Source: a virus. Taken from it: 64,000 nucleotides of DNA. The notes under the pieces are model-generated. The model was not told the origin of the DNA. It did no database searches and saw only the letters and a program-made list of their open reading frames with translations. Location of the stretch: IMG/VR virus record IMGVR_UViG_3300042292_000345, positions 1 through 64,000 of that record. One strand, written 5' to 3'. A program made the translations under genes and the position numbers. Positions 17,801-28,043 of the stretch are shown here, piece by piece. Numbering within the stretch: position 1 is the first letter of the stretch; every line of letters begins with the position of its first letter.

Positions 17801-20800
17801 TTAGAGGCTTTGTGGAAGGTCTTCCAATTGTTGGAAAAGTTTCTGAAGTTGTATTTAATTTAGCTGAAATGCTTGGTGTAGCAGGTCCATTAGGAGTGAT
17901 AGGTGCCTTTTTATTTGGCAGTAGCATTCTTACTACTCTGGCTGAAATAGGTCTATTACCAGCAACCTTAACAAAAGTAGCAGGCGCAATGCATACTGTT
18001 AAGTCATTCTTTATGGGAAGCTATGGCACAAGAACAGCTACTGGTGCTTTTACTAGTGTTCTTGGCACTATGTCGCATGAGATGTTTAACTCTGCTAGAA
18101 GATCTTTCAGTATTGGAGCAGCGCTCTTAGGGGCAGATATGCTGGGAACCTTTGATACAATGTTTAAGGACTCTCCAATTGCCCATAGCGTAGCTAGGGG
18201 TCTTGCTGTAGGCTTTATGTTGTTTGGTCATGATGTACCTAAATTAATTGCTGAACATGTACTAAAGCCAATAGCAACAGGCCTTTTAATGGGCGGACCG
18301 GCGCCTTTTAGTAATTTTCTTGTTAACTATCTAAGAGGTGGAGACCAAGGCCCATTATCTGCAAGAGTTGCAAAAACAATATTTGAAAAAGTAGATCAAA
18401 TAAGAGATATGTTTGTAAGTCGGATGGAGGGTATTGTAACTGGTAAAGGAATATTTGAATCTCTAATCTATGGTAGAACAGGTGCTATTACTCAGCCACA
18501 ACAATCTTCTCGTATTTTTGTAAAATATGAAGCAATGATGCGAAGCCTACAAGGACATGCTGGCTCTTTTGCTGCTACTATAAGGGCACAAGTACCTGTG
18601 CTTGCTACACTGATGTCAAAATGGACAGCTTTCGATACTGCATTAGCAGCGTCTGGAGGATCTGGTGGTAGGCTCTTATATGCATTGTTTGGAAAAGGCG
18701 GATTGATTTTAAGAATTGCACCTACTATTCTATTAATCACAGGTTTACTAGCAGCATTCTCTACATTTGCAAGTGAAGCTGAACAAATCCCTGACTATAT
18801 AAAAGGAAAAGAAGGCTTTGCAGCTGTACCTAGAATGGAAGTTCCACAACCTGAAATAGTAGTAAATAAACCTACTATTGCTAGTCAAGTAAAAGAGTGG
18901 ATGTCAGCTGCAGGAGATGAATTCAAAGCGACTTTTCCAGCTTTTGCAAAAATAATGAAAGATCTTTCATTATTGCCTTATAAGATTTTTAATTTTACAA
19001 GTCTAAGATCTTTATTTGCAGAAATAGGTAACTTATTTACAGATATATATGATGCTTCTATACCTTATATAGTTGCTCTTGGATCTATTGTAGGTAAGGT
19101 ATTATTAGATCAGTTCAGTATGATTATGAAGCTGGTTCAAAGTTTTGGCTCACTTATAAATGCTTATTTTACAGGAATAGTAAATCTAGGACAACTTGTA
19201 GGCGATACTCTTGCAACGTATACCGATGTACTTGTTGCAGTAATAGGTGTAGGTCTGGTAGTCTTTGATTATTTTATACAGCGTTCTAAAAATGCAACAC
19301 TAGCATTATCGCAGTTTCTTAAAGTATTTGCTAAATCTAGATTTCTACCAATAGCGCTTGCTATTGGTGGTGTTGGTGTAGTATTTGAAAAATATTTTAT
19401 AGAAGGAGTAGATGTCGCAATTGATAGAACTACGGTTTTTGGACAGGTTCTTTCAGCCCTCTTAACTGTAGCTACACTTGTCTTTAAGGTATTTAAAATA
19501 TTAAAACCTATTCTTCTTGCCTTACCTTTTATTGAGCCTTTGCTTGCTAAATTAGGACCTCTAAGAGAGGGGTTTAGAAAATTAGGAGAGACTTTTAAAA
19601 CGAGTTTTACTGGTTTTAGATGGACAGATATTTTTACATCACCATTAGAGACAATTAAAAAGCTAGGTTCAACAGCTGTAGAAGGTCTTAAAGGCTTATA
19701 TACAACTATTACAACAGCTACAGTAAGTGCAGCAAGCAGTGCAGGCGCAAGAGCTGGAGGTGCGTTTAGCAGAGCAATAGCAGCTGCATTATCAACTAAT
19801 GGTTTCTTAATAGTAGCAGCGCTTACAGGGGTGCTTGTAGCTGCTGCCAAAGATATTGATGGTAGAAAATTCTCTGATATTTCTGGTATTTCTAGTTTTA
19901 TTAACTTCTTTTTCGATCTTGCTGCTGGTGCTGCCGTAATTGCAATAGGCTCTTTCTTATTGCTAGGTAAGTCTACTTGGGATTTTAGAAATAAGGTATT
20001 AGCTGCTACAGCTGCTCTAAGAGCACAGCAAGGTGCTATGTTTGTAAATGAAGCAACACTAGCTGCCCATGCTGCAATGATGTGGAAAACTTATGAGGCA
20101 CCACTACTGGCAATGCCTGCTATGATTGCATCCAGAATGACAAGTTTGTTTGTATTTGCCGGTTCAATAGCTGCAGGTGCTTTTGCAGGTGCTTTTGTTA
20201 CTAATGCATTAATGCACCAGTCCGAGTATACTGAAATTGGCATAATGATAGGCACTTATCTTGGTTTTATGATAGGCAGATCGCTTATAAAGTATCTCGG
20301 TACTATAATGGTAGAAGCTTTTACTGCAGCAATGATAGGAAGTATAGCAGCTTTAGCAACTGCTGTGGGCTATGTAGGAATGGGATTAGCAGGTTGGTTT
20401 AACTGGTCGGATGACTTCTTAACTCAACTATCTTCAATCTATGATAAGCTAAAAGATATTGCAGGAATTGTATCAGAAAAACCTGATACAAAAACAGGCC
20501 TTTCAAAAAGAGCTTTAGATTTCGCTAAATATAAAGGTATTGAGATAGCTTATAATATTGGAAATATTAAGGAATCTATATTATCTGAAAATACTAAGAA
20601 ATCTTATAAAGAAAGTATTTCAAAGTTAAATGAAAGTCTATTGAAAGGGAGTGAAAATGAGCTGACAGGTGTTGAAGTAGATCTTCACGAAATTCAAAAT
20701 AATGTAAAAGCTTCTTCTAGACAGGTTTCAAGAGCTACTAACGAAAGTATGATTAGTATTTCAAAAGACTATGATAAGTTTGCTACACTATTAACTAGAA

Positions 20801-23800
20801 TAGGCAAAATAAACCCTGCAGATGAGCTTTTTAAACTTAGTAAACCAGAAAAAGTAAACTATGATGATTATTTGAATGGAATATTAATGGGTTCTGAAAA
20901 TAATAATGTGCTCAAAGATGGGGGCATTAAAGGTCGGATCCAAAAAGCAATGGAAACTTCAATAGAAAAAATGTCGACTGGTGGGGATTTTAGCCCACAA
21001 TTGACAGCTAAGATAAATCAACTATATTCTTCTCTATTTGATACGCTTAATACATACTATGGTGCCATATATGAGAACAATAGTGATAAGTCCAAGACCA
21101 CAGCCTCAGCGGCTGAGGGCTATATTGTTAATATTCTTTCAGATATTGAAAGATTAAATGTATGGAAAGGTGCAGTAGACGAAGCAGCTTCTGCAGCTAA
21201 TAAATATACAACTAGTATAGCCAATATTTCAACAAATTTAAGTAAGTATAAGATAGACTTTAAGACTGAAGATTTAAATGTTGATACAAGTCTTACTGAT
21301 TACTTAGATAATACTTATAATTATCTACTAGAGATTGATAATCAATTAAGTAAAGCCTATGATAAGAATAATAGAATACGTCTAACTCAGATAAAAGACT
21401 CTGCTATTGAAGAAGCTAAAGCACGTGTAGACGCAGCTAAGAAAGTTCAAAAAGATTATCAATATCAATTATCTACATTCACAGATGTAGGTATTGAAAT
21501 CCCTGATGTTGCTAAATTTATGAGTCCTGAAAAAGCTCAAGGTATTGTAGAAAACTTTAAACAATTAAAGCAGTTACAGGAAGATATCCAAAAACCTGCT
21601 GTAGAACCTGTAATGCCTGAGATTAATCAACTCTGGTCTATGCGTAGTAAAGAAGAAACTGCAAGAGCATTTGAGGCATATGTTAGCCAATTACAAGACT
21701 ATAATAGAATTGTATCAGCTAAAATAATGGGTGAAGCTGGTTTAGATAACTTCCGTAATGCAATATCTAGACAAATATTTGAAGGTATTAAGGGCGATAA
21801 AGCAGGTTATGCTAAGTATATCTATGGTATTGTAGAATCTATTGGCTCTCCTGTAATTGATATGGTAGATCAATTTGGTTTAGACACCATTGATGGTATA
21901 GCTAATCAAATAGCAGAGCTATCAATAAAAGCAGAGATGTTTAAAAGATCTGGCGACTACTCAAAAGAAGCACCTTTGAGACAGCAGATAGAAGATTTAA
22001 AGATGTCTATAAAGACACTTGATATTCAACCTTTACAATCTGTTATTGATTTGTTAGATCAAGGTATTACAGGTAGAGATCTTCTTTCAATTTCTGATAA
22101 TGATCTTGCTAAGCTTGCAGCACTTGGAAAAGCTATTGCAAAATATAATAAAGATCTTTCAGAAGCTAGACGTACTAATTCACCTGTAGATACTAAGAGA
22201 ATTCAAGGTCAGATTCAAGATACTAAGAAACAAGCTAAACAAATAGCTGATGTTTATCGCAGCGCTTTGCCTAGTTCATTCTCAAATATTTATGGTAGAA
22301 TGGGACTAGAAGGAAAAGCAAGCAGTGTCACAGCTGGTCTATTCATGAAACTTGCTAATGCTTCTAAGAATATTGAAAATTTAGAATTAGATAGAGCCCT
22401 TAAAAGTGATACTTTATCTGATTGGAAAGATTTTACTGATCAAATTGAAAAAGCTAATATTGAACTTGAACGTACTAAGCTACTTGGTCCTTTTGTAGGA
22501 GAAGCCTTAACTTCTGCATTTAGTGATGTCGGAGTTAGTGACTTTAATGAGATGGTGGCTTATGGCGCTGGGCAGCTTACTGAATTACTTGGTCTTGCTA
22601 GAAAGAAACAAAGTATTAATTTAGATATTAAAGCAGGGGCTAGTGAAAGTGAAATTCAGAACTATATCAATAGTGTTAGACAACTTGCAGAAATTGCAGA
22701 TGAAGTTGCTAAGAAACGTATTAACACTATTACAACTGGTACTGATATTACTCAAGCATTTTCAGATGCAGGTGCAAGTACTAATAAAGCTGCTTTAGCA
22801 AACTATCAGTATGGTGCTTCTCTATTAGCACTTAGCAAAAAGTCTGCATTACTGAAATTAGATCAAGCTAAACCATTAACACTTCAAGCAGCTAAAGAAA
22901 ATCTTAAAGCACTAGCAGATATTGACAGACAGTTAGCAATTTATAAGAAAATTGTCATGAACACAAAAGAGAACTTTGATAGCTTTAAATCTATCTTTGA
23001 TTTCTCTGTTGATGATACTTTATATGCTAGACTATCTAATGGTATTCTTGGATTGATGGGTAATGTAGCTGCTAGAATTGATTTATTGATGAAGAATGCA
23101 TCTGATAAAGATGGTCTTTCAGCATCTACTAGGTCTCTATATGAAGCTCTTGCATTAGTTAAGAGAGATGCTAAAACATACTCTTCTTTACTAACTAGTG
23201 TGTACGAAGCTCAGCAATCTAGGTTTGATAGTAATAAGACTAAGTATGATAAGATTTCTACTGCATTTCCTAATTTAGGAATGGATAAGAATCTTTATGG
23301 TACTTTAGATAGAGCTGTCAGATCTGGATTTGAGAAAAGTGCTAACTTTAGTGATTTGTTTAGTAAGATATCAGATCTAGGCGCATTGCCAGTCAAACTA
23401 GCAGATGAGCTAGATAGATTAGGTAATCTGTATGCTAGTGGTAAAAATGTAGACATCGATATGATTGCTGCTGCCGTAACTCAATATGGTGAAGGAAATC
23501 TAAAAGCAAGACTTGAAGCTATCATGTCAAGTACTAAAGATCCTTTTACTAACTTGAAGACATCTACAGATGATCTAAAAGGTGCTATTGAATTACTTAG
23601 TGAAAATGTTGCTGCAAATACAGCTACACTTAGAGGTGAAGCACCTAAAGCAAAAACTAGCATGAATATGTCTAGTAATGTAGAGAGTCTGTTAGCTGCT
23701 TCTACTGCCAAGTATGGTGTCCCATTAGATCTTGCTAGAATTGTTACTCATATCGAATCAAGAGGTAAGAATAATCTTACTTCTGAAACGGGTAATAAAG

Positions 23801-26736
23801 GCTTAATGCAGATTAGTAATGACTTAGTTAAAAAGTATAATGTATCTAATGTATGGGATCCTGCTCAAAATATAGATGCAGGTGTCCAATACCTTAAAGA
23901 GTTACTTGGGAAGTTTGGTGGTGATTCTAGAAAAGCTGCTTTAGGTTATTTTGAAGGAGAAGGAGGCGCTAGAAAAGCCTTAGCAAATCCTGCAGGTTAT
24001 ACTAAAGGTATGGATTACTTAAACAAGTATGATGCTAGATTATCTGGCAAGACTCCTATGAAGTTTCCTGATGCAACTATTACTATACCAACAGGTGCTA
24101 TAATAGATGTTAGTGGTACCAGTAATGTAACTGCCAATGGAGAGTCTGTAAATGCAGGCAGTGCTGCTACTAGAAATGTAAGTGCATTTGTAGAATCTAG
24201 AATAGCAACTGCAAATGCAAATAAGATTGTTGTCAATAGTTGGAGACAAGCAATAGAAGGTATTAAAGGCACTAATCTAGGTATGTCATTGTCTAGCGCA
24301 ATTCGTAAAGGTCTTTCTACTGTTGGTCAAGATACTATGAATGCATCTGTAGCTAACACTATATCTCCAAAAGATGTTCTTGTAGCTGATGAGTATAAGC
24401 AAACTATGACTGCTTTAAATGATCAGTTGAATACCGCTACTGATGAGATCACTAAAGCTAACCTGCAAGGTACTCTAAACAAAGTTAGTGCTGAGTTTGC
24501 ATTGTTTAAAACAAGATTAGAAGATCTTGCAACTGCTGCTATTAAAGCTGGTCAGGATTTTAGTAGTGCTGTTAAATCTACTCTAGGTGATGCTATCAAA
24601 GGATTGATGAAGGGAGAAACTTCAGATGTGTCTACTCTTTTTAGTACTGCTCTTAAGAAACTAAGAGATGGGGTTATAGATGCTACTATTGATTCAATGA
24701 CTAAAGGGATAATGAATAAATTACCATTTAGTTTTGATAAGATTATGGCAAATGCTGGTGAAGCTATCTATAAAGTTCCAGGTGCTATTTGGGATTCTAT
24801 GAGTGGTAAAGGCTTTGGAGGATTCACAGATATCTGGGGAACTCTAACAGGTGGTAGTGCTACTGGTGGTACTCCTGAACAAGTGCAACTTCAAGCTGCT
24901 AAGATTCAACTTCAAGCTGCTCAAATGCAACTTGCAGGTGGTGGGGGTGGAAGTGGTGCAGCAGCTAGTGCTGGTATTGGTAGTTGGCTTGCAAGTAATG
25001 CTGGCTGGCTAGCAGGTGGAGCAGGTGCCATAGGTCTTGGCTCATTGCTATACGGAGGTAAAGATACTAAAGGCTCATGGTCTGAAGGTATATCATCTCT
25101 TGGTAAATCATTCATGTCACCATTTGGTGGAGATACAACTAGTAGTGGAAATCCATTAAGTAGTATTAATCCTGTATCTGGAAAATCTGATTCTTGGAGT
25201 AGCGACTTCTTAGGTATTGGTAGTTTATTTGCTAAACAATCAGGTACTACAGATGCTGTAAAAGGAATCAAAGATAGCTTAATGCCTTCAGGAAAAGGAT
25301 GGTGGGACAGCACTCCAGCAGTTGGTGAAATCTCTAAATCAGCTAATACATCTTGGCTTGATGATATATTTACTAAAATGAAGACAGGTCTATCAGATAC
25401 TTTAGGCACTGATGGCTTCTTTGGCTCAATACTGAAAGGTATTGTAGCTGCTTGGGATTGGTTTACTGGTCTGTTTGGTAGTAATGAACCAACTAAAGCT
25501 GCCACTGGAGGTCGTATCAGTGGCCCAGGTACTGGTATATCTGATAGTATCCCTGCTATGTTATCTAATGGCGAATTTGTAGTCAATGCTAAAGCTGCTG
25601 GCAAGCATGGTAGACTATTAGAGTCTATCAACTCAGGCAATGTCTCTAAATTTGCTGAAGGCGGTTTTGTAGGTGGTAAAGGATTACCATTAGTTGGTGC
25701 TTTGATGGGCGTAGCAGGTCTATTCTTTGGTGGAAATAAAAGTACTCCTAAAGACCAAAGTCCTGAACAAGCATTACTTGCAGCTTCTGAAAATCTAAAT
25801 TCTGCTGCTGATAAGCTATCTCGTGGTGGATTTGGCGGAGGTAATAATAGTATCTTTGCAACTGGTAATGGTCTTGGAAAAGGTATTGGCGGCTTTGCAG
25901 ATTCTATGCTAGGTCTTGGCGGCTATGGTAGTGCTGCTGGGGGAGTTCTTGATGCACTATTCGGTGTTAAAAAGAAAGAGAATGATATTTGTTCTTGCTT
26001 TACTGGCAAAGGTAGTCCAGCTACAAGCTTATTCCAAGATATATTTGGTTTAGGTGGTGATAAGAAGCCTTTAAGTGGTCTTACAGATAGCTTTGGTGTA
26101 CTTCAAAGTGATGCTAATAATGGCTCATTTGGGGTAATGCAAAGTGATAAGAATGGCTTGATGGATAGTTTTACTGGTATGTTTAAAGACATGGATTTCG
26201 GAGGCATGTTTGATGTACTGAAAGAAGGCTTCATGGGTATATTTGGAGACTTAGGTACTTCAATTACAAGCTTACTAGGCGGAGGTGCTTCAGGCGGTGC
26301 TGGCGGAATTTTAGAAAGTCTTATGAGTTTCGGCAGTATGTTTGCATTTGCCAGTGGTGGTCATGTAAATGGACCAGGTACTAGTACTTCTGACAGTATT
26401 CCAGCAATGCTATCTAATGGTGAATTTATCATTAATGCAAAAGCTACAGCAGCTACCAGACCACTACTAGAAGCTATTAACTCAGGTAAGACTCCTAAGT
26501 TTGCATTAGGTGGTAGTGTCGGAGATGCATCAGGTAATCTAATGACACTTCCAAGTGCGAGATCAGGTGAGGTAATAAATACTTCACGAGTAAATAATAA
26601 TAGTAATCAGAGTGTAATCAATATGAATATTACAGGTGATATTTCACGTCAGACACGTTCTGAAGTATTCAAAATGATTCCTACAATTGCTAATGGTGTT
26701 AACGTTCATAATAAAGAACAAAACTATAGAGGTTAA
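14866..26736 (+). CDS. Tape measure protein (~3956 aa) with embedded lytic transglycosylase (SLT) domain
   Basis: N-terminal tape-measure domain (QLGQGLGSGALRGEEFNSVIEQ). SLT motifs IES, GLMQ and DPAQNI at ~23680-24030. Two C-terminal GGxxxGPGTxxSDSIPAMLSNGEF motifs. GGAG RBS before ATG14866. Confidence 0.92.
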   Translation: MSGIAIAVEAKVDKAQRDLQLLNHTVSNISTEVKKATSSFSLMSKSIVGLGGIALILPTIKSIDATFTNIENKIKTITGATERFNTAFSGVSSIARDTRSTLADTTDSFFRISSAISETSLDMDKVLVATRAIQSGAILAGGNLDGYRAAVMQLGQGLGSGALRGEEFNSVIEQALPIAKAIGDSLGVSVGTLRRMANAGKLTSDLVFNALIMQAGALQKKVSSMDITIEQSMQSLKETLKYVFNSFDKAVNMSGFLSRGIVALSGKLSLLADSAFNMGTDISSVLNSLFASKDLKRIADIATTMLYPFYFAAKQFGKQFMLFLNARGIISFMNKIFVETTSAAMMSITKLGTKLYTLGVILRAIDQQGFLQGKLAVFDAFGYAVKSFFVMFHFYVQRVVNPINQDIYAIGNSIDQTFNVIPGKVIKLFANFTAHISHFIQGFIGLYDTSIGRLFKNLAEAYEDFVADFNNSVFGFSPLSKKLEKYKEILARVVLKSIPEVLIRAAGAIKAALIGFIKPFKSVEERISASSRVLPKVSLSFEEMATGVNKAGKILVTGAENVKDFFMMLVSTDFSKLSSSFSFDGLKKNISNFVKYISNTSLLSSVKSFVKDLLPSDILSKSASVFSNTLQKIIVKIRDVLGSLFSMDKIKGQLTTFLPVIQSGLSSLLSTLTDAASIVYSKVSSFIDSFKQLEMVSAVTDKVEKVFNFIKKKLEGTSLDVDFSAIKDKVKSLFKDSISSDITSSMASSSFKFSDFKHIAVKALDSIVDGFHNIVAVSKKLLFTKPKEALDYILEKLSIVKQKIGEFATSIGIPSIDLSVNLEPIKKAIGVAKEFIGSMVADLSDVFGTNFTNLNLDTSSFSSFKASILKAFDEVSSIFNKNLAVLFAKPMTFHVSAIALGEMFPENKVTEFLSKQLRAVAVRGWKDFIIAWSNTANAGDLSERVGEFASTTIVNAIKNYTYALPQLAGALMSIGSSIFRGFVEGLPIVGKVSEVVFNLAEMLGVAGPLGVIGAFLFGSSILTTLAEIGLLPATLTKVAGAMHTVKSFFMGSYGTRTATGAFTSVLGTMSHEMFNSARRSFSIGAALLGADMLGTFDTMFKDSPIAHSVARGLAVGFMLFGHDVPKLIAEHVLKPIATGLLMGGPAPFSNFLVNYLRGGDQGPLSARVAKTIFEKVDQIRDMFVSRMEGIVTGKGIFESLIYGRTGAITQPQQSSRIFVKYEAMMRSLQGHAGSFAATIRAQVPVLATLMSKWTAFDTALAASGGSGGRLLYALFGKGGLILRIAPTILLITGLLAAFSTFASEAEQIPDYIKGKEGFAAVPRMEVPQPEIVVNKPTIASQVKEWMSAAGDEFKATFPAFAKIMKDLSLLPYKIFNFTSLRSLFAEIGNLFTDIYDASIPYIVALGSIVGKVLLDQFSMIMKLVQSFGSLINAYFTGIVNLGQLVGDTLATYTDVLVAVIGVGLVVFDYFIQRSKNATLALSQFLKVFAKSRFLPIALAIGGVGVVFEKYFIEGVDVAIDRTTVFGQVLSALLTVATLVFKVFKILKPILLALPFIEPLLAKLGPLREGFRKLGETFKTSFTGFRWTDIFTSPLETIKKLGSTAVEGLKGLYTTITTATVSAASSAGARAGGAFSRAIAAALSTNGFLIVAALTGVLVAAAKDIDGRKFSDISGISSFINFFFDLAAGAAVIAIGSFLLLGKSTWDFRNKVLAATAALRAQQGAMFVNEATLAAHAAMMWKTYEAPLLAMPAMIASRMTSLFVFAGSIAAGAFAGAFVTNALMHQSEYTEIGIMIGTYLGFMIGRSLIKYLGTIMVEAFTAAMIGSIAALATAVGYVGMGLAGWFNWSDDFLTQLSSIYDKLKDIAGIVSEKPDTKTGLSKRALDFAKYKGIEIAYNIGNIKESILSENTKKSYKESISKLNESLLKGSENELTGVEVDLHEIQNNVKASSRQVSRATNESMISISKDYDKFATLLTRIGKINPADELFKLSKPEKVNYDDYLNGILMGSENNNVLKDGGIKGRIQKAMETSIEKMSTGGDFSPQLTAKINQLYSSLFDTLNTYYGAIYENNSDKSKTTASAAEGYIVNILSDIERLNVWKGAVDEAASAANKYTTSIANISTNLSKYKIDFKTEDLNVDTSLTDYLDNTYNYLLEIDNQLSKAYDKNNRIRLTQIKDSAIEEAKARVDAAKKVQKDYQYQLSTFTDVGIEIPDVAKFMSPEKAQGIVENFKQLKQLQEDIQKPAVEPVMPEINQLWSMRSKEETARAFEAYVSQLQDYNRIVSAKIMGEAGLDNFRNAISRQIFEGIKGDKAGYAKYIYGIVESIGSPVIDMVDQFGLDTIDGIANQIAELSIKAEMFKRSGDYSKEAPLRQQIEDLKMSIKTLDIQPLQSVIDLLDQGITGRDLLSISDNDLAKLAALGKAIAKYNKDLSEARRTNSPVDTKRIQGQIQDTKKQAKQIADVYRSALPSSFSNIYGRMGLEGKASSVTAGLFMKLANASKNIENLELDRALKSDTLSDWKDFTDQIEKANIELERTKLLGPFVGEALTSAFSDVGVSDFNEMVAYGAGQLTELLGLARKKQSINLDIKAGASESEIQNYINSVRQLAEIADEVAKKRINTITTGTDITQAFSDAGASTNKAALANYQYGASLLALSKKSALLKLDQAKPLTLQAAKENLKALADIDRQLAIYKKIVMNTKENFDSFKSIFDFSVDDTLYARLSNGILGLMGNVAARIDLLMKNASDKDGLSASTRSLYEALALVKRDAKTYSSLLTSVYEAQQSRFDSNKTKYDKISTAFPNLGMDKNLYGTLDRAVRSGFEKSANFSDLFSKISDLGALPVKLADELDRLGNLYASGKNVDIDMIAAAVTQYGEGNLKARLEAIMSSTKDPFTNLKTSTDDLKGAIELLSENVAANTATLRGEAPKAKTSMNMSSNVESLLAASTAKYGVPLDLARIVTHIESRGKNNLTSETGNKGLMQISNDLVKKYNVSNVWDPAQNIDAGVQYLKELLGKFGGDSRKAALGYFEGEGGARKALANPAGYTKGMDYLNKYDARLSGKTPMKFPDATITIPTGAIIDVSGTSNVTANGESVNAGSAATRNVSAFVESRIATANANKIVVNSWRQAIEGIKGTNLGMSLSSAIRKGLSTVGQDTMNASVANTISPKDVLVADEYKQTMTALNDQLNTATDEITKANLQGTLNKVSAEFALFKTRLEDLATAAIKAGQDFSSAVKSTLGDAIKGLMKGETSDVSTLFSTALKKLRDGVIDATIDSMTKGIMNKLPFSFDKIMANAGEAIYKVPGAIWDSMSGKGFGGFTDIWGTLTGGSATGGTPEQVQLQAAKIQLQAAQMQLAGGGGGSGAAASAGIGSWLASNAGWLAGGAGAIGLGSLLYGGKDTKGSWSEGISSLGKSFMSPFGGDTTSSGNPLSSINPVSGKSDSWSSDFLGIGSLFAKQSGTTDAVKGIKDSLMPSGKGWWDSTPAVGEISKSANTSWLDDIFTKMKTGLSDTLGTDGFFGSILKGIVAAWDWFTGLFGSNEPTKAATGGRISGPGTGISDSIPAMLSNGEFVVNAKAAGKHGRLLESINSGNVSKFAEGGFVGGKGLPLVGALMGVAGLFFGGNKSTPKDQSPEQALLAASENLNSAADKLSRGGFGGGNNSIFATGNGLGKGIGGFADSMLGLGGYGSAAGGVLDALFGVKKKENDICSCFTGKGSPATSLFQDIFGLGGDKKPLSGLTDSFGVLQSDANNGSFGVMQSDKNGLMDSFTGMFKDMDFGGMFDVLKEGFMGIFGDLGTSITSLLGGGASGGAGGILESLMSFGSMFAFASGGHVNGPGTSTSDSIPAMLSNGEFIINAKATAATRPLLEAINSGKTPKFALGGSVGDASGNLMTLPSARSGEVINTSRVNNNSNQSVINMNITGDISRQTRSEVFKMIPTIANGVNVHNKEQNYRG

Positions 26737-26739
26737 TCT

Positions 26740-27411
26740 ATGAAATTCGGTATCTGTGATGACAATTGGAATGTACTTGCTAGATTTGCTGTGCCTATGA
26801 CAGTGAATAGCAACCAACCAGTATTCTCTACAGATACCCTTTCACTACATAGAAGAACTACAGTAAGAGGTGCTCAACGTTGGGAGATCAGTTCCAACGT
26901 TGAAATCTTAAGAGAAACTGCTGCAGGACTCTTCGCTCATTTAGTAGAGAAAGGGCATCATACACCTATAAATGTATTAATACCACAAAATATAGGTGTT
27001 ATAGAGAATATGAGAGAAGCCTATGAGGATCCAATTCCAAGATATATTGGTATCTCTCAAAGACAAAATTCAGCTGATGGCAAAGCTACTATATCTTTAC
27101 AGAACCATACTGTAGCATTACTTGCAGGTACTTTTGTACAATTCATAACTTACAACGCAAACGGTGTAATAGATCCTGTACAAGATACTAAAGTATATAT
27201 GCTAACCAGACCAGTAACAGCAAATAATAATATTGCATATGTATATCCTCAGCTTAGAAAAACAGGCACGGTTGGTAGCCAGTCTAAGATGTATTATACA
27301 GGCGTTAAAATGCCTTGCTATTATGATATGGACACTATTCAGGGAATGGTATATCAAGATGGTCTATTAATGGATATGGGGACTGTGAAACTAGTAGAGG
27401 CTTTAGCATGA
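26740..27411 (+). CDS. Distal tail protein (putative)
   Basis: First gene after the tape measure; AQRWEIS motif; size fits. Confidence 0.6.
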   Translation: MKFGICDDNWNVLARFAVPMTVNSNQPVFSTDTLSLHRRTTVRGAQRWEISSNVEILRETAAGLFAHLVEKGHHTPINVLIPQNIGVIENMREAYEDPIPRYIGISQRQNSADGKATISLQNHTVALLAGTFVQFITYNANGVIDPVQDTKVYMLTRPVTANNNIAYVYPQLRKTGTVGSQSKMYYTGVKMPCYYDMDTIQGMVYQDGLLMDMGTVKLVEALA

Positions 27412-28043
27412 TAGTTCTATCAGAGCATAATAGAAATATATTAGCTGGTTCAAATGCGTTCTCCATATTGATGGTTTGTATTTTAAAAAATGATGATTCA
27501 TTATTATATGCATCAACTACACACTATCAGGATCTTTTAACAGTACCTGCAAACGTAGTATTTCCAGGGGTTAATGTTAAAAATGAATTTGGAGAAACCC
27601 TAACATTTATACCATATCTTGCAGATGGTACTTTAGTTAGTTTAGCGCCACCTACATTATCTACATCAGTAGATAGAGAGCAATACTCTATGATGATGAC
27701 GGATCAAGCATTACTGTCATTTGCAGCAAATACTTGGGGTATGATTGGGTTAAGATTTAGAGTAACCGCAGTATTTTCTGATGGCACTACTCCTAGCTTT
27801 ACTAAAGAAAATATGCTTACAGTATATGCAGGTCGTATCAGTGGTGTTACTCATAATCAATCAATGGGAACGGCAGGTGAATCACTAGTAAAGATAACTG
27901 CAGGATCTCCTATGTACGGTCTAGATCAAAAGAATGGTATATTCTTTTCAGACCCTAAAATAAAAGAAAGAAATAAAACAGATACGTGTGCTGAACATGT
28001 ATACGTCACTTCACGCAATTATGCACTTCATTGGGGAAAATAA
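27408..28043 (+). CDS. Tail tip / hub protein (putative)
   Basis: Synteny; VYAGRISG motif and C-terminal D..C.....WG pattern of siphovirus minor tail proteins. Confidence 0.55.
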   Translation: MIVLSEHNRNILAGSNAFSILMVCILKNDDSLLYASTTHYQDLLTVPANVVFPGVNVKNEFGETLTFIPYLADGTLVSLAPPTLSTSVDREQYSMMMTDQALLSFAANTWGMIGLRFRVTAVFSDGTTPSFTKENMLTVYAGRISGVTHNQSMGTAGESLVKITAGSPMYGLDQKNGIFFSDPKIKERNKTDTCAEHVYVTSRNYALHWGK

